Positions 10,397-21,170 of a stretch of DNA of 44,842 nucleotides are shown piece after piece. Every line of letters starts with the position of its first letter. Within the stretch, counting starts at the first letter, position 1. The stretch is taken from the NCBI GenBank assembly GCA_963726845.1, contig CAVSGB010000234.1:1-44842 (forward strand), read 5' to 3'. Under the pieces are notes generated by a model. That model ran no database searches. It worked only from the letters and a program-made list of their open reading frames with translations, and had not been told where the DNA came from. The DNA is from an uncultured Bacteroidota bacterium. GTDB lineage: Bacteria; Bacteroidota; Bacteroidia; Bacteroidales; DTGW01. The translations under genes and the position numbers were made by a program.

Positions 10397-11517
10397 AAAG
10401 TAAGCAATATCTGCCTCCTGGTCGACGGAAATGCGCAGTGAGCATGATTATCGTCAACATTAAAGCCAAACCTGTCACCTATACCAAGAGAATCATATAT
10501 ATGGTGAGTAGCCATGCCACAAACGTAGCATGACAAATTAGACAGCCAAATTTGACTGTTGTTTCCAGTACAATACAACGCACGAGGTGCACACATTGCC
10601 ATTAACTCATGATGATCGTCTGGTAACTTCGAAACATTGGGGTCGCCAAAATCGAACAAGCTGTTTTTAAACCAAGCAGTATTGGTTTGATCAATACCTT
10701 CCACAGTTCCCGCAGGCTGGATATCTGAGTAACGCCACGATGTGGCACCACCCCCACCCGACTCCTGCGCAATTGTAAGTGCAATACGCTCGTCAAACGC
10801 TCCGGAATAGAGCGCCATTTTACCGGCATAAGAGCAACCTGTAACACAAATGTGATTTAAATCTACGTTGAGAGACGATTGAACCTTATATAAGCCATCT
10901 ATTATACGACTGACACCCCATGCCCATTCAGCGTATTGTCCCGTATTATCAACATTTTGGGTTGGGTAAAGCTTGAAGAATGGATCCGAATTTGAGGGGT
11001 TACTATAAGAAGATACCTGACTTTCGCTGAAGGTAACCCCTACAATACCGCGACTGGTAAAGTCGCTCGAATTGAGCGAACCATAAGGGCCATCCATACC
11101 AATACATACAGGGTAAGGAGCAGTTGCCCCTGATGGAATTGAAACAGCGCAAGTAAGTGTGAGCGTTTGTCCATTAACAGTTACATTCACAGTGAGTGTG
11201 CCACCAGAGTACTTGGCAGTAACTTGTGATGTATCAACAGCCGGCTTGGTACCAATTTCATAATTTTCAATCAGGGCTTTGAAATCAGAGCGATGGTGTC
11301 CCCAATCGGTTAAAGCAGTACTGAACTTTCCATTAGCAAACGTGAAAGGGTCGGGCAGCAAAGGAATGCTCGGGCAATTGGCTAAAGTTGGTAAAGGCGG
11401 AACCGTATAGCCCGTATCCGTATCCTCTACATTAAATACCAGGGCTGGTTGAGCAAATGAATTAATGAAAACACCAATGCTCAAAAGAAAAAGTAAAAAT
11501 ATCAATTTGTTTCTCAT
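10393..11517 (-). CDS. Carbohydrate esterase family 15 (4-O-methyl-glucuronoyl methylesterase) catalytic domain with signal peptide.
   Basis: Signal peptide MRNKLIFLLFLLSIGVFINSFAQ. CE15 active-site block VTGCSYAGKMALYSGAFDERIALTIAQESGGGGATSWRYSD (compare GCSRxGKGA...QESGxGG..WR.SD). Catalytic His near the C-terminus (NHAHCAFP). Confidence 0.8.
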   Translation of the reverse strand: MRNKLIFLLFLLSIGVFINSFAQPALVFNVEDTDTGYTVPPLPTLANCPSIPLLPDPFTFANGKFSTALTDWGHHRSDFKALIENYEIGTKPAVDTSQVTAKYSGGTLTVNVTVNGQTLTLTCAVSIPSGATAPYPVCIGMDGPYGSLNSSDFTSRGIVGVTFSESQVSSYSNPSNSDPFFKLYPTQNVDNTGQYAEWAWGVSRIIDGLYKVQSSLNVDLNHICVTGCSYAGKMALYSGAFDERIALTIAQESGGGGATSWRYSDIQPAGTVEGIDQTNTAWFKNSLFDFGDPNVSKLPDDHHELMAMCAPRALYCTGNNSQIWLSNLSCYVCGMATHHIYDSLGIGDRFGFNVDDNHAHCAFPSTRRQILLTF

Positions 11518-11966
11518 TTCATTAATTTAATTAGTTAATACATAATACAAAACAATAATAAACAACTTATTAATTCAAGTAAGAATTCAGTAGTAAATTT
11601 TCTGAAAAGTAGTAAGAGAAAACAACAATTAGTATGACTATTGTGTATTTCTCGTGTAAAATTGTGTCACTACCAACAAAGTTGTGAAAATATGTAAAGA
11701 AAAAGGAGGCCATGATAACATCAAGCAGAAGTATAATGACCATCTTTAAATATTTGTAGGCTATAAATATATACTCTTTGAAATCTATCTACCTGAGTAT
11801 AACCAAGGTATCAACCTAAAAATACCCAATTTAACTGGGGTTACATGAGATTTTGAACTTAGGAATACTTATTAGGTGATTAAAATATTATTAAAGGAAT
11901 ACATTTTCAAAGGAGCTATAACTTCTTCTTTGGTCTTTTGTGGAAATATTTTTAAAAATAACCCTA

Positions 11967-12073
11967 AAATCCGCAAGTCACGGGGTGACTTATTAAAGTT
12001 CAATAATTTAAATGAATGAATTTTTTTAGTCACCCCGTGACTTTCAGCCAATTAACCTCAAACCTGCGGATTT
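11967..12073 (-). terminator. Long hairpin: 16-bp stem 11976-11991 / 12028-12043 (agtcacggggtgactt / agtcaccccgtgactt) with a 36-nt loop. Likely terminator of the two-component operon, or a small structured element.
   Basis: Read directly. It lies 50-150 bp downstream of the HK stop (12123, minus strand). On the minus strand it is followed by a U-rich tract. Confidence 0.4.
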
Positions 12074-12122
12074 AAGGATAACCTTTGCTATTTATTATGA
12101 AGTTATTTTCATTAAGGCCAAT

Positions 12123-13486
12123 CTAATCAGAAAATTTTAAGGTAAATTTAACCCCCATATCCGGAGCAGAGATTACTGAAATTGTGCCATAATGATTTTG
12201 CATTATTTGTTTTGACAAGCTTAATCCTATCCCCGAACCATTTTCTTTAGTTGTATAAAACGGCACAAAAATATCCTCGATTATATCATTGGATATCCCC
12301 ATTCCATTATCTTCAACTTGAATTAATGTACCCCCGTCGCCATAAAATGCTTTCAGGTGAATAGTCCCGTTTTTCTTATTACATAAAGCTTCGCTCGCGT
12401 TTTTTATCAAATTAATAAGAACTTGTTCAACCTGAGCATAGTCGGCTACAACTGCAATATCTTCAGGATAAACACATGCTATAATTTTTATGTTATTTGA
12501 AATAGTTGATTCCATGAGGAGCTTGCATTTCCGGAACAGACTATCAATATTGAATTTGCTTAAATTGGGTTTTGGTAATGATGTTAAACTTCTGTATTTA
12601 TCGACAAAATCTAACAATCCTTTTCCTGTTTCTTCAATGGTATTTAATCCGGAAATTGTTTTAGAAATTATTTGATGATTGATTTTTTCCGGCACACGGA
12701 TTTTCATTATCTTTATTTTTAAAATATCCAGAAATTACTGTGGAAAGAGAAGTAATTGGACTTATGGAATTCATAATTTCATGGGTTAACACACGAATTA
12801 ATCTTTGCCAGGAATCCAATTCTTTTTTGTCGAGTTCGTTGGTTATATCCTGAAAGGAAACCAATTTTATTTCATTGTTTTCGAATTTTATTTCCGTGGC
12901 TTTCACCAAGATGCTTTGCAACAAATTGTTTATTATCATTTTATGCAAAATTTCCTGCCCTGGCTTTATGGAATTTAAAATAGTATATATTTCATCATTC
13001 GTATTTTTTAAAGATGAAAGGTGCTGCAGTTGATGGACATTTAGGTACCTTTTTACAGCCTTATTATAAATTTCAATCTTGCCGGTATTATCAAAAGATA
13101 ATAGGCCAACATCAACATGGTCAACCACGCTTTGCAAGAAAAGGCTTGTCCTCTCATTTTTAATTTTAATCTTCTGTATAATTGTATTTAACTCATTCAG
13201 TCTATCATGCAATTGTCTGTATGAATTATTCGTATTACTTCCTGGAAATCGAACGGATGAGTCATGTTGCCTGTACCGATGAAAAGAATTTTTCTAAATC
13301 GGCATTTGTTTTATTTACCTGATTTAAGAGTAAATATGATTGAAACACGATTAGGAAAATTATTCCAGCCAGGGTATAATAATAACCATGGAAGAGATGT
13401 TGAATCACGATCCCTAATATTGCTCCAGTAATTACAATTAAAGTAACCCGGATAAGAACATTGATGTAGAATTTATTTAATAACAT
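12123..13486 (-). CDS. Sensor histidine kinase (NtrB-like HisKA plus HATPase_c) with a minimal 2-TM N-terminus, i.e. intramembrane-sensing type. Split into 3 ORFs by two frameshifts.
   Basis: ORF 13262-13486 holds two TM helices separated by only ~3 residues (…VIQHLF-HGY-YYTLAGIIFL…). ORF 12661-13212 holds the H-box LTHEIMNSISPI. ORF 12123-12707 holds the N, G1, F and G2 boxes (LINLIKNASEA, DNGMGI, FVPFYTTK, GSGIGLSLSKQI). Frames are open across both junctions. Confidence 0.75.
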
Positions 13487-13498
13487 ATTGGCAGCATT

Positions 13499-14863
13499 CT
13501 AAAGGTTATACTTTTGCATTTTATTGTACAAGGTTTGACGTGCTATTCCTAATTCTTTTGCCGCTTTCAAAATATTACCATAATTGTTGTCAAGGGCTAT
13601 TTGCATAGCCTGTTTTTCAGTTTCGGCAAATGTTGCTGGCTTTTGTTGTAGGGATGCCTGTTGCATAGAACGTGAGATGATAAAATCTTCTGGCGTCAAA
13701 ATATCTGACTCGCATAATATGACAGCCTTTTCTATCGTATGCCTCAATTCCCTTACATTTCCCGGCCAGTTATACTTCATAAGTTTGTCTAAGGTTTTAC
13801 TACTGAATTTTAAATTGTATTTTTCGTATTTATTTGCATACTCCTTTAAGAACTGCTCTGCAAGTAAAACAATATCGTCACCCCGGTCGCGCAGTGGAGG
13901 TATCTCAATTACAATTGTGTTTATCCGGTAAAGTAAATCCTCGCGAAAAAGATTCTTTGAAACCATTTCCTCTAAGTTTTTATTGGTGGCACAGATAAGC
14001 CTTATATCAAAAGGGATTGGTGTTTTTGAGCCAACCTTATATATCACCCTGTTTTGAATAGCAGTAAGAAGTTTAGATTGCATAGTTAAGGAAAGATTGC
14101 CTATTTCGTCTAAAAATAAAGTGCCCCCTGAGGCTGTCTCAAACCAACCGGTTTTATCTTCCTTGGCATCGGTAAAAGCGCCTTTGGTATGGCCAAACAT
14201 TTCACTCTCAAATAAAGATTCGGTTATGGTACCTAAGTCAATGCTTATAAAAACTTCATCGGCCCTGCGAGATACATTATAGATTTCTTTTACAATTAAT
14301 TCTTTCCCTGTTCCATTCTCACCGATAACTAAAACATTGGCATCAGTCTTAGCCACCTTTTTTATTACCTGTAATACGTTCTCCATTATTTGCGATTTTC
14401 CAATCAAAGGAATATATAGTTTTGAAATTCCTTTATTTATTTGCTTTTGCCTGTCGCGGAGCTTTTTATTCTCAATCTTCGATTGCCTCAGCTTATAAGC
14501 AGCTTGCAGGGTAGTAATAAGTTTTTGATTGTCCCAGGGTTTAACAACAAAATCGTTGGCGCCCATTTTTATAGCCTTTACTGCCAAATCAACATCGGCA
14601 TAAGCAGTAATCATTACCACAATGGCTGACGGATCGGATTTTAAAATACGATCGAGCCAATATAACCCTTCATTGCCAGTATTTACACCTGCTGTAAAGT
14701 TCATATCCAATAAGATAACATCATACTCTTCCTTGTTAATAGTGCTAATGATTTGATTAGGATTTGAAATACCTGTTATACTGTCAAATTCAGGTTCAAG
14801 CAACTGAATGAGTGCTTTTAAAACTTGTTTATGATCGTCAACAATTAATATTTTGCCCTTCAT
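13499..14863 (-). CDS. Sigma-54-dependent response regulator (NtrC family): receiver, AAA+ sigma54-activation and Fis-type HTH domains.
   Basis: Receiver ILIVDDHKQVL...DVILLDMNF. Walker A GENGTGKE. GAFTGA-type motif GAFTDA. Also ESEMFGH and LFLDEIG. C-terminal HTH ILKAAKELGIARQTLYNKMQKYNL. Confidence 0.9.
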   Translation of the reverse strand: MKGKILIVDDHKQVLKALIQLLEPEFDSITGISNPNQIISTINKEEYDVILLDMNFTAGVNTGNEGLYWLDRILKSDPSAIVVMITAYADVDLAVKAIKMGANDFVVKPWDNQKLITTLQAAYKLRQSKIENKKLRDRQKQINKGISKLYIPLIGKSQIMENVLQVIKKVAKTDANVLVIGENGTGKELIVKEIYNVSRRADEVFISIDLGTITESLFESEMFGHTKGAFTDAKEDKTGWFETASGGTLFLDEIGNLSLTMQSKLLTAIQNRVIYKVGSKTPIPFDIRLICATNKNLEEMVSKNLFREDLLYRINTIVIEIPPLRDRGDDIVLLAEQFLKEYANKYEKYNLKFSSKTLDKLMKYNWPGNVRELRHTIEKAVILCESDILTPEDFIISRSMQQASLQQKPATFAETEKQAMQIALDNNYGNILKAAKELGIARQTLYNKMQKYNL

Positions 14864-14900
14864 TTTATTTAAAAGAAATTAATTAGTATGTCTATTTTTA

Positions 14901-14915
14901 GGACAATTACTGTCC
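14901..14915. promoter_or_regulatory. 15-bp palindrome ggacaattactgtcc in the divergent intergenic region between the response-regulator and ABC-transporter genes. Candidate operator or UAS.
   Basis: Perfect dyad GGACA-N5-TGTCC read directly. No convincing sigma54 -24/-12 element (GG-N10-GC) was found by eye in 14864-14997. Confidence 0.3.
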
Positions 14916-14997
14916 TTATATTAGACAAATATAGAAAATAATATTTGGGTTTTAATGCTTAAACAACTAATTTTAAGAAAGAAAGAAATACTGGTAT

Positions 14998-15723
14998 AAT
15001 GATTGAATTTCTAATTGAAATTTCTAAATTGAAAATATATTATCAAAACAAATGGTTTAACAAAAGTATTTCGAACTGATGAAGTAGAAACTACGGCTTT
15101 GAATAATATAGAATTCAATGTTCAAAAAGGAGAATTTGTAGCCGTAACGGGACCTTCCGGTTGTGGAAAATCAACCCTTCTTAATATTATTGGATTGTTG
15201 GATAATCCTACAAACGGACAATACTATTTTATGGATAAAGAGGTTCTCAAATTATAAAGAGAGACAGCGTACCGATCTTCGTAAAGGGAATATCGGTTTT
15301 ATCTTTCAGAGTTTTAACCTCATAGATGAGTTAACAGTATTTGAAAATGTAGAATTGCCTCTTTTGTACCTTAAGATGTCTTCAAAAGAAAGAAAGAAAA
15401 AAGTGAACGAGATACTGGAGCGGATGCAGATATTTCACCGAAAAAATCATTTTCCCCAGCAATTATCAGGAGGCCAGCAGCAACGTGTAGCAATTGCCAG
15501 GGCCGTGGTTACAAACCCAAAGTTGATTCTTGCCGATGAGCCAACAGGAAACCTTGACTCTGCCAATGGAGAAGAAGTATTGAAATTATTGGAAGAATTA
15601 AATCATGAAGGAACAACGATAGTTATGGTCACCCACTCACCCGGTCATGCCGAAAAGGCCCACAGGATTGTTCACTTGTTTGATGGGAGTATAGTGACAG
15701 AAAATATTAAAGAGATAATTTGA
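14998..15723 (+). CDS. ABC transporter ATP-binding protein (LolD/MacB/FtsE-like), interrupted by at least 2 frameshifts in its 5' third.
   Basis: Three frames together encode MIEF...; ...[49 protein letters not shown] (Walker A); then ORF 15163-15723 with the signature [14 protein letters not shown], Walker [13 protein letters not shown] and H-loop VTHS. Confidence 0.8.
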
Positions 15724-15770
15724 TATTCTTTTTGGTTAGCAATAAAATAACTTTGAAAATTGCATAAAAT

Positions 15771-18138
15771 ATGATAAAAAACTATCTTAAAATAGCCCTC
15801 CGGAATATCAAAAGATATACTGCACATTCCATTCTAAATATAAGTGGCATGGCCATAGGCCTTGCCTCAGCAATATTAATTCTGTTATGGGTACAGGACG
15901 AATTAAGTTATGACCGACATTTCAAAAACGCCGACAATATCTACCGCCTGATCGAAAAACAAATTACTCCGGGAGGAGAAGTCTCTCTTTTTTCGATAGC
16001 TCCATCAGCATTAACAAACTGCCCTTAAAGAAGAATACCCTGAAGTAATAAGGTCTTCGAGGTATATTAATCCTTATATGATACTTAAAAAAGGGAATGA
16101 ATATATAAAAGAAGGGATTTCCCTTGTTAATAGCGATTTTTTAAAAATGTTTGATATAGAGTTTGTTAAAGGAAATATCAATTACGCTTTTAATGACCCG
16201 AATAGTATTGTTATTACTGAAGAAATGGCACATAAATACTTTGTGAACGAAGATCCGATTGGTAAAGCAATTCAGTTATCAAATATGAAATTTACTTTAA
16301 CGATTACTGGAGTTGTTAAGAGTTTACCTCATAATAGTCACCTCCATTTCAATTTTTTGATTCCAGTTGAATATTTAAAGAATTTTGGAGGCCATTATAA
16401 TGAATGGGAGATGCGAGATCATATATATATTGAACTAAAGAATGGGTTTGACGGCGAAGTTTTTGAAAATAAAATCAGGGATTTTTTAAAAAAGCAAAAC
16501 AGAGAATCAAATTCGGAGATTTTCCTTCAAAACATCAAGAAGATTCATCTTTTTTCTGCCAGAAAGTATACTTACGACATCGGCGGCCATGGAGATATAA
16601 TATATGTCAGGATTATGGGACTTATAGCTGTTTTTATTCTCCTTATTGCCTGTGTCAACTTTATGAATCTTGCCACTGCACAATCCGCAAGGAGGGCAAA
16701 GGAAATTGGCGTAAGAAAAGTAGCAGGGGCAAGTAAACGAAAAATAATTGTCCAGTTTTTAGGCGAATCCCTGCTGATTGTATTTGTGGCCCACATAATT
16801 GCTATGATTATTGTTGAATTGCTCTTGCCAGGCTTTAACAATTTTACAAGTAAACAGTTAGCTGTTAACTACCAAAGCGCTGGGTTGTATATTGGTTTAA
16901 TTACTATTGTATTGTTTTGCGGTTTTTTGGCCGGAAGTTATCCTGCATTGTATTTGTCCTCGTTAAAGCCACTGAATATAATGAAGGGCGTCATTAATAG
17001 AAATCCCGGTAACGCGCAATTCAGAAGAGTTCTGGTTATTTTCCAATTTTCACTTTCAATCCTGCTAATTATTTGCACCTTGATTGTCGGAGCCCAGCTC
17101 AATTACATACAAAACAAGAAGCTTGGATTTAATAAAGATAACATAGGTTATTTTCAATTCCCTGCACCCCCTTGGGATCCTAAACTGGAAACTATAAAAA
17201 AAGAACTCCTCAAAAATCCTAATATACTAAATGTAACAGAGGTACTTTTAAATTATGAAAATCCTTTTAACATAGAGAATACTTCAAGTGGTTATAATTG
17301 GGCAGGAAAAAGGAAAGGAAATGATATTTTGTTTTATGAGCTTTCTGCCGATGAAGATTATGCCAAAACATTTCAACTTGAGTTGAAGGAAGGACGTTAC
17401 TTTTCTTCTGAATTTTCAACTGATAATACTGCAGCAGTGATCAATGAACAAGCTGCAAAAATCATGGGTTTTACGAATCCAATCGGGGAAATAATAACAT
17501 CTCCCGAAGGGACTAAATTACATATTATCGGTGTAGTTAAAGATTATCACTTCAGATCATTACATTTTATAATTGAACCACTCATTATGCACTTACATAA
17601 AGATTTTAATCTATTTGTCAAAATGAAACCTGGTAAAATCTCTTCGACCGTTGAATATATTAAAAAGACATATAAATCTTTTGAACCAGCTATTCCTATT
17701 GATTTTCATTTTCTAGATGATGATTATAATAAACTTTACCGGACTGAACAAAGAATAGGTAAAATATTTGGTTATTTCTCTTTCCTGGCAATTATCATTT
17801 CTTGCCTCGGTCTTATAGGATTATCTTCATTTATGACAGAGCGCCGAACAAAAGAAATAGGAATAAGGAAAGCGAATGGGGCAAAGGCAATAGAAATATT
17901 TTCCTTACTTTCAGAAGAATATATCATATGGGTGCTTATTTCCATTATAATTGCCAGTCCTATTGCCTGGTATGTCATGGATAAATGGCTTCATAACTTT
18001 GCTTATAGGATTAACATTGGTTTGTGGGTATTTGTTTTTGCAGGTGTTGTTGCTTTGTTTATTGCTTTGCTGACAGTAAGCATTCAATCGTATAAAGCCG
18101 CTAGTAAAAATCCGCTAGAAGCGCTGAGGTATGAATAG
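15771..18138 (+). CDS. ABC transporter permease, FtsX/MacB family (Bacteroidota DUF214-type; two FtsX modules with large extracytoplasmic domains). One frameshift at ~16000-16080.
   Basis: Canonical N-terminus MIKNYLKIALRNIKRYTAHSILNISGMAIGLASAILILLWV. ORF 15771-16028 and ORF 16078-18138 join in-frame as ...SIAPSALT / ALKEEYPEVIRSS.... The C-terminal FtsX block is present, including the conserved RTKEIGIRKANGA motif. Confidence 0.8.
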
Positions 18139-18551
18139 TGAGAAGAGCATAGATCCCGGTGCATTTTTAGTAGATTTTTAAGGACGAAAAAAACAGAAAA
18201 TATTATTTGTTTTAAACCGGTATAATTAAGCAAAAAAGAAAAATGAAGCGATAAATTATTTTCATAAAATTCTTACTTAAGAATTTATGCCATTTATAAA
18301 AATATTCAATTTGTATAATGAATGACCCCTGGGCAGAGCCCCGAGGTATCAAAAGGAGTTTGCGAAGCAAACATCTTAGTTTCCGACCCAGATTGTCAGG
18401 GAATTAAACCACTTTAATATTAAAAACTTCTTGAACTTCCAATCAATTAATAATAATATTAAGATCGTAAAGAAGAATCGTAGCACAACCTATACCGTTA
18501 ATTTACCTGTCACCATAAAATGTTGGAGATTTTTAATTTGTTTTTTTATAA

Positions 18552-21011
18552 TTATTTAATGGTTATATCAATAGTTGAACCAGCCTTTACTTGAAAAATA
18601 TTCAAGTATGTTTTACCGGCAGGGCTGACCTGTGCTATTGTTTCCACTTTTAAACCTGCAATAGTAACAGGACTATTAGTGCGAAGTTTACACTCGCCTG
18701 CTTTTGAACTTTTTAAAGATGCAGAAACCAATTTACCTTTACTCCATTTTATGGATATAAGGTAACCACCTCGTGCTTTTAAACCGCTTATGGAACCTTC
18801 CTGCCATGCATCGGGCAGGGCTGGCAACAAATGGATTTCGCCCAAATGGCTTTGCAACAGCATTTCCGAAATTCCTTCTACAATACCATAGTTGCCATCG
18901 ATTTGGAAAGGTGGACAGGCATTGAAGAGGTTGGCATAAGTGCCGCCAACTTCACTAAATCCGCGCTCGTTGGTAAATTCCATATCGTTTTGTAAGAGTT
19001 TGTAGGCATGATTTCCATCGAGCAATCGAGCCCACATAGCCACTTTCCACACCCGCGACCAGCCAGTGCCACCATCGCCACGGATTTCCAGCGTTTTTTT
19101 ACATGCATTGAATAAATCAGGAGTAGTGTTGGCCGAAATATCATGGCCGGGGTGCAAACAAATGAGGTGCGAAATATGCCGGTGCTGTGGCTCACTTTCA
19201 TCATAGTCGCGCATCCATTCCTGCAGGCTTCCTTTTTTGCCTATCTGATAAGGAAGCAATTTGTTCTTAGCTTCGATTATTTTATTTCTGAAATCATTAT
19301 CAATTCCCAATTCTGTAGAAGCGTCAATGACATTCTCAAACAAGTTGCGGATCAATGCCAAATCAGCTGTGGCTCCTTTGCTAACTGCCCAGGCTTTGCC
19401 ATCTTCGCCAATAAAACGGTTTTCGGGAGAGGTCGAAGGAGATGTGATAAAATGCCCCTTGCCATCGTCGACCAACCAGGCAAGGCAGAATTCTGCCGCT
19501 CCTTTCATTACCGGGTAAGCGGTTGTCTCGAGGAATTGCTTATCGCCATCGTAAGCATATTTATCCCATACATTCTGGCACAACCATGCCCCTGCCATGA
19601 TCCAGTTTGACCATTGCGGGTTAAAACCCGGTTTGCCGGCATTGCCCACAGGATTTACCGTAGCCCAGATATCGGAATTATGTCCTGCTGCCCAACCCGG
19701 CATGTTATAAAAATTCCTTGCCATTTCAGTCCCGGTTTTCGACATACTCACCACTTGTTGTATCAACGGTTCTGCCATATCGCCCAAACCTGTTTTTTCG
19801 GCTGCCCAGTAATTCATCTCCACGTTGATGTTGGTAGTATAATTGCAACTCCAGGGTGGACGCACATCCATACTCCATTTTCCCTGAAGGTTTGCAGCAA
19901 TACCTCCAGGCCTTGAACTTGAAATTAAGAGATAGCGGCCATATTGGTACAACAAAACTTCCAATTGCTGATCGTTTTTGGAGCTTTGGTACTTTTGCAA
20001 TCTTTCATCGGTAGGTAGTTTCTCCAACTCAGGTTTCGATGCAAGGGTAAATTTTAGCCTGTTGAAATACCCCGAAAAATCATTGATGTGGTCTTTTTTA
20101 ATTTCTTCGTACGGTTTATTTCCCAATTTTAATAGATAACTTTTAGCCAGCGCTTTCTCATCGCGTCCATCAGAAACCGGACATTTATCGTATCCGTTAA
20201 AACTGGTTGCTGCCGAAAGTACCAGGGTAACATCAGAAGCCGACTGAACTTCAATTCCACTATTGTATGCGAGAGTATTGCCATCGTTATGCAATACTTT
20301 AACCCGCAACTGGAAACGCATTCCTTTGCAGGAATCGCCATATTGAACGGGCATCTCGGATGTTTTTGTATAAGATGGATCGGCATGGGAAGGCGCCCGG
20401 CCATTAAGTACGATTTCGTCATCTTCGTTCGCTAACATTGCCGGAAGCAGGGTTTGTACCCCAGCCGAAAAATTAAGTTTCCCTTTGATGGAAGAAGTCA
20501 AATGTACTAAGATTATCTGGTCGGGATAGGAAACAAATACCTCGCGGGTATAGTCCACTCCTCCGGTTGAAAAACGTGTTGTGCTGATGGCCGATTCAAA
20601 GTCCAGGTCGCGATAATAATTGCTTACTTCTCCTTCAAATTTTTGATGGATAAGCAAGTCGCCCAACGGAGCATAGGATTCAGTGAAATAGCCCTGCATC
20701 TTCATACAAAGTTGTTCAGCCAATTCGTAATTGTTGTCATCTAATGCTTTGCGAAGTGGAACCAAAAACTTAGGAGATTCAGGATTTGGGTTTAAATTGA
20801 TTGGCCCGCCAAACCATAAAGTTTCTTCGTTCAGGTTTATTAATTCTTCTGCTGGCCGGCCATATACCATTGCTGCAAGGCGGCCATTCCCTACAGGTAA
20901 AGCATTTATAAAATATTCTGCAGGTGTTTTATACCAGGGTTTAAGCGGTTGAGACTTTAAAACCAGGCTTCCGTAAAGAAACATTAATATAATAAATAGT
21001 TTTGGTTTCAT
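18552..21011 (-). CDS. Glycoside hydrolase family 95 (alpha-L-fucosidase / alpha-1,2-L-fucosidase-like), secreted.
   Basis: Signal peptide. GH95 N-terminal block ALPVGNGRLAAMVYG...LNEETLWFGGP. Catalytic-region motif WSCNYTTNINVEMNYW. Length 819 aa. Confidence 0.85.
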   Translation of the reverse strand: MKPKLFIILMFLYGSLVLKSQPLKPWYKTPAEYFINALPVGNGRLAAMVYGRPAEELINLNEETLWFGGPINLNPNPESPKFLVPLRKALDDNNYELAEQLCMKMQGYFTESYAPLGDLLIHQKFEGEVSNYYRDLDFESAISTTRFSTGGVDYTREVFVSYPDQIILVHLTSSIKGKLNFSAGVQTLLPAMLANEDDEIVLNGRAPSHADPSYTKTSEMPVQYGDSCKGMRFQLRVKVLHNDGNTLAYNSGIEVQSASDVTLVLSAATSFNGYDKCPVSDGRDEKALAKSYLLKLGNKPYEEIKKDHINDFSGYFNRLKFTLASKPELEKLPTDERLQKYQSSKNDQQLEVLLYQYGRYLLISSSRPGGIAANLQGKWSMDVRPPWSCNYTTNINVEMNYWAAEKTGLGDMAEPLIQQVVSMSKTGTEMARNFYNMPGWAAGHNSDIWATVNPVGNAGKPGFNPQWSNWIMAGAWLCQNVWDKYAYDGDKQFLETTAYPVMKGAAEFCLAWLVDDGKGHFITSPSTSPENRFIGEDGKAWAVSKGATADLALIRNLFENVIDASTELGIDNDFRNKIIEAKNKLLPYQIGKKGSLQEWMRDYDESEPQHRHISHLICLHPGHDISANTTPDLFNACKKTLEIRGDGGTGWSRVWKVAMWARLLDGNHAYKLLQNDMEFTNERGFSEVGGTYANLFNACPPFQIDGNYGIVEGISEMLLQSHLGEIHLLPALPDAWQEGSISGLKARGGYLISIKWSKGKLVSASLKSSKAGECKLRTNSPVTIAGLKVETIAQVSPAGKTYLNIFQVKAGSTIDITIK

Positions 21012-21108
21012 TTCAATATGAATTTATTGTTTATAATTTCTATACTTCGTTCAATTTTTTGTGAAATTTTGTGACTTGTTGATTTTGTGGCAATTAAGAA
21101 TATTTTAG

Positions 21109-21170
21109 CCACTAAAGCACAACGTATATCTTCACGAACTGTCAGTGTGAAGGCATGTGCGTGTGAGTAA
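21109..21170 (+). repeat. Copy A of a ~45-60-bp repeat motif (AGCCACYAAAGCACMA ... TTCAC ... GAAGGC) containing the hairpin CTTCAC-N11-GTGAAG.
   Basis: Seen directly. The second copy is at 21535-21597. Both lie in the 700-bp non-coding region upstream of the flotillin-like gene. Confidence 0.4.

Noticed and set aside
14864-14997. Sigma54 (-24/-12) promoter upstream of the ABC transporter genes
   Set aside because: No GG-N10-GC element with TGGCAC/TTGC character was found by eye on either strand. Only the GGACA-N5-TGTCC dyad is present.
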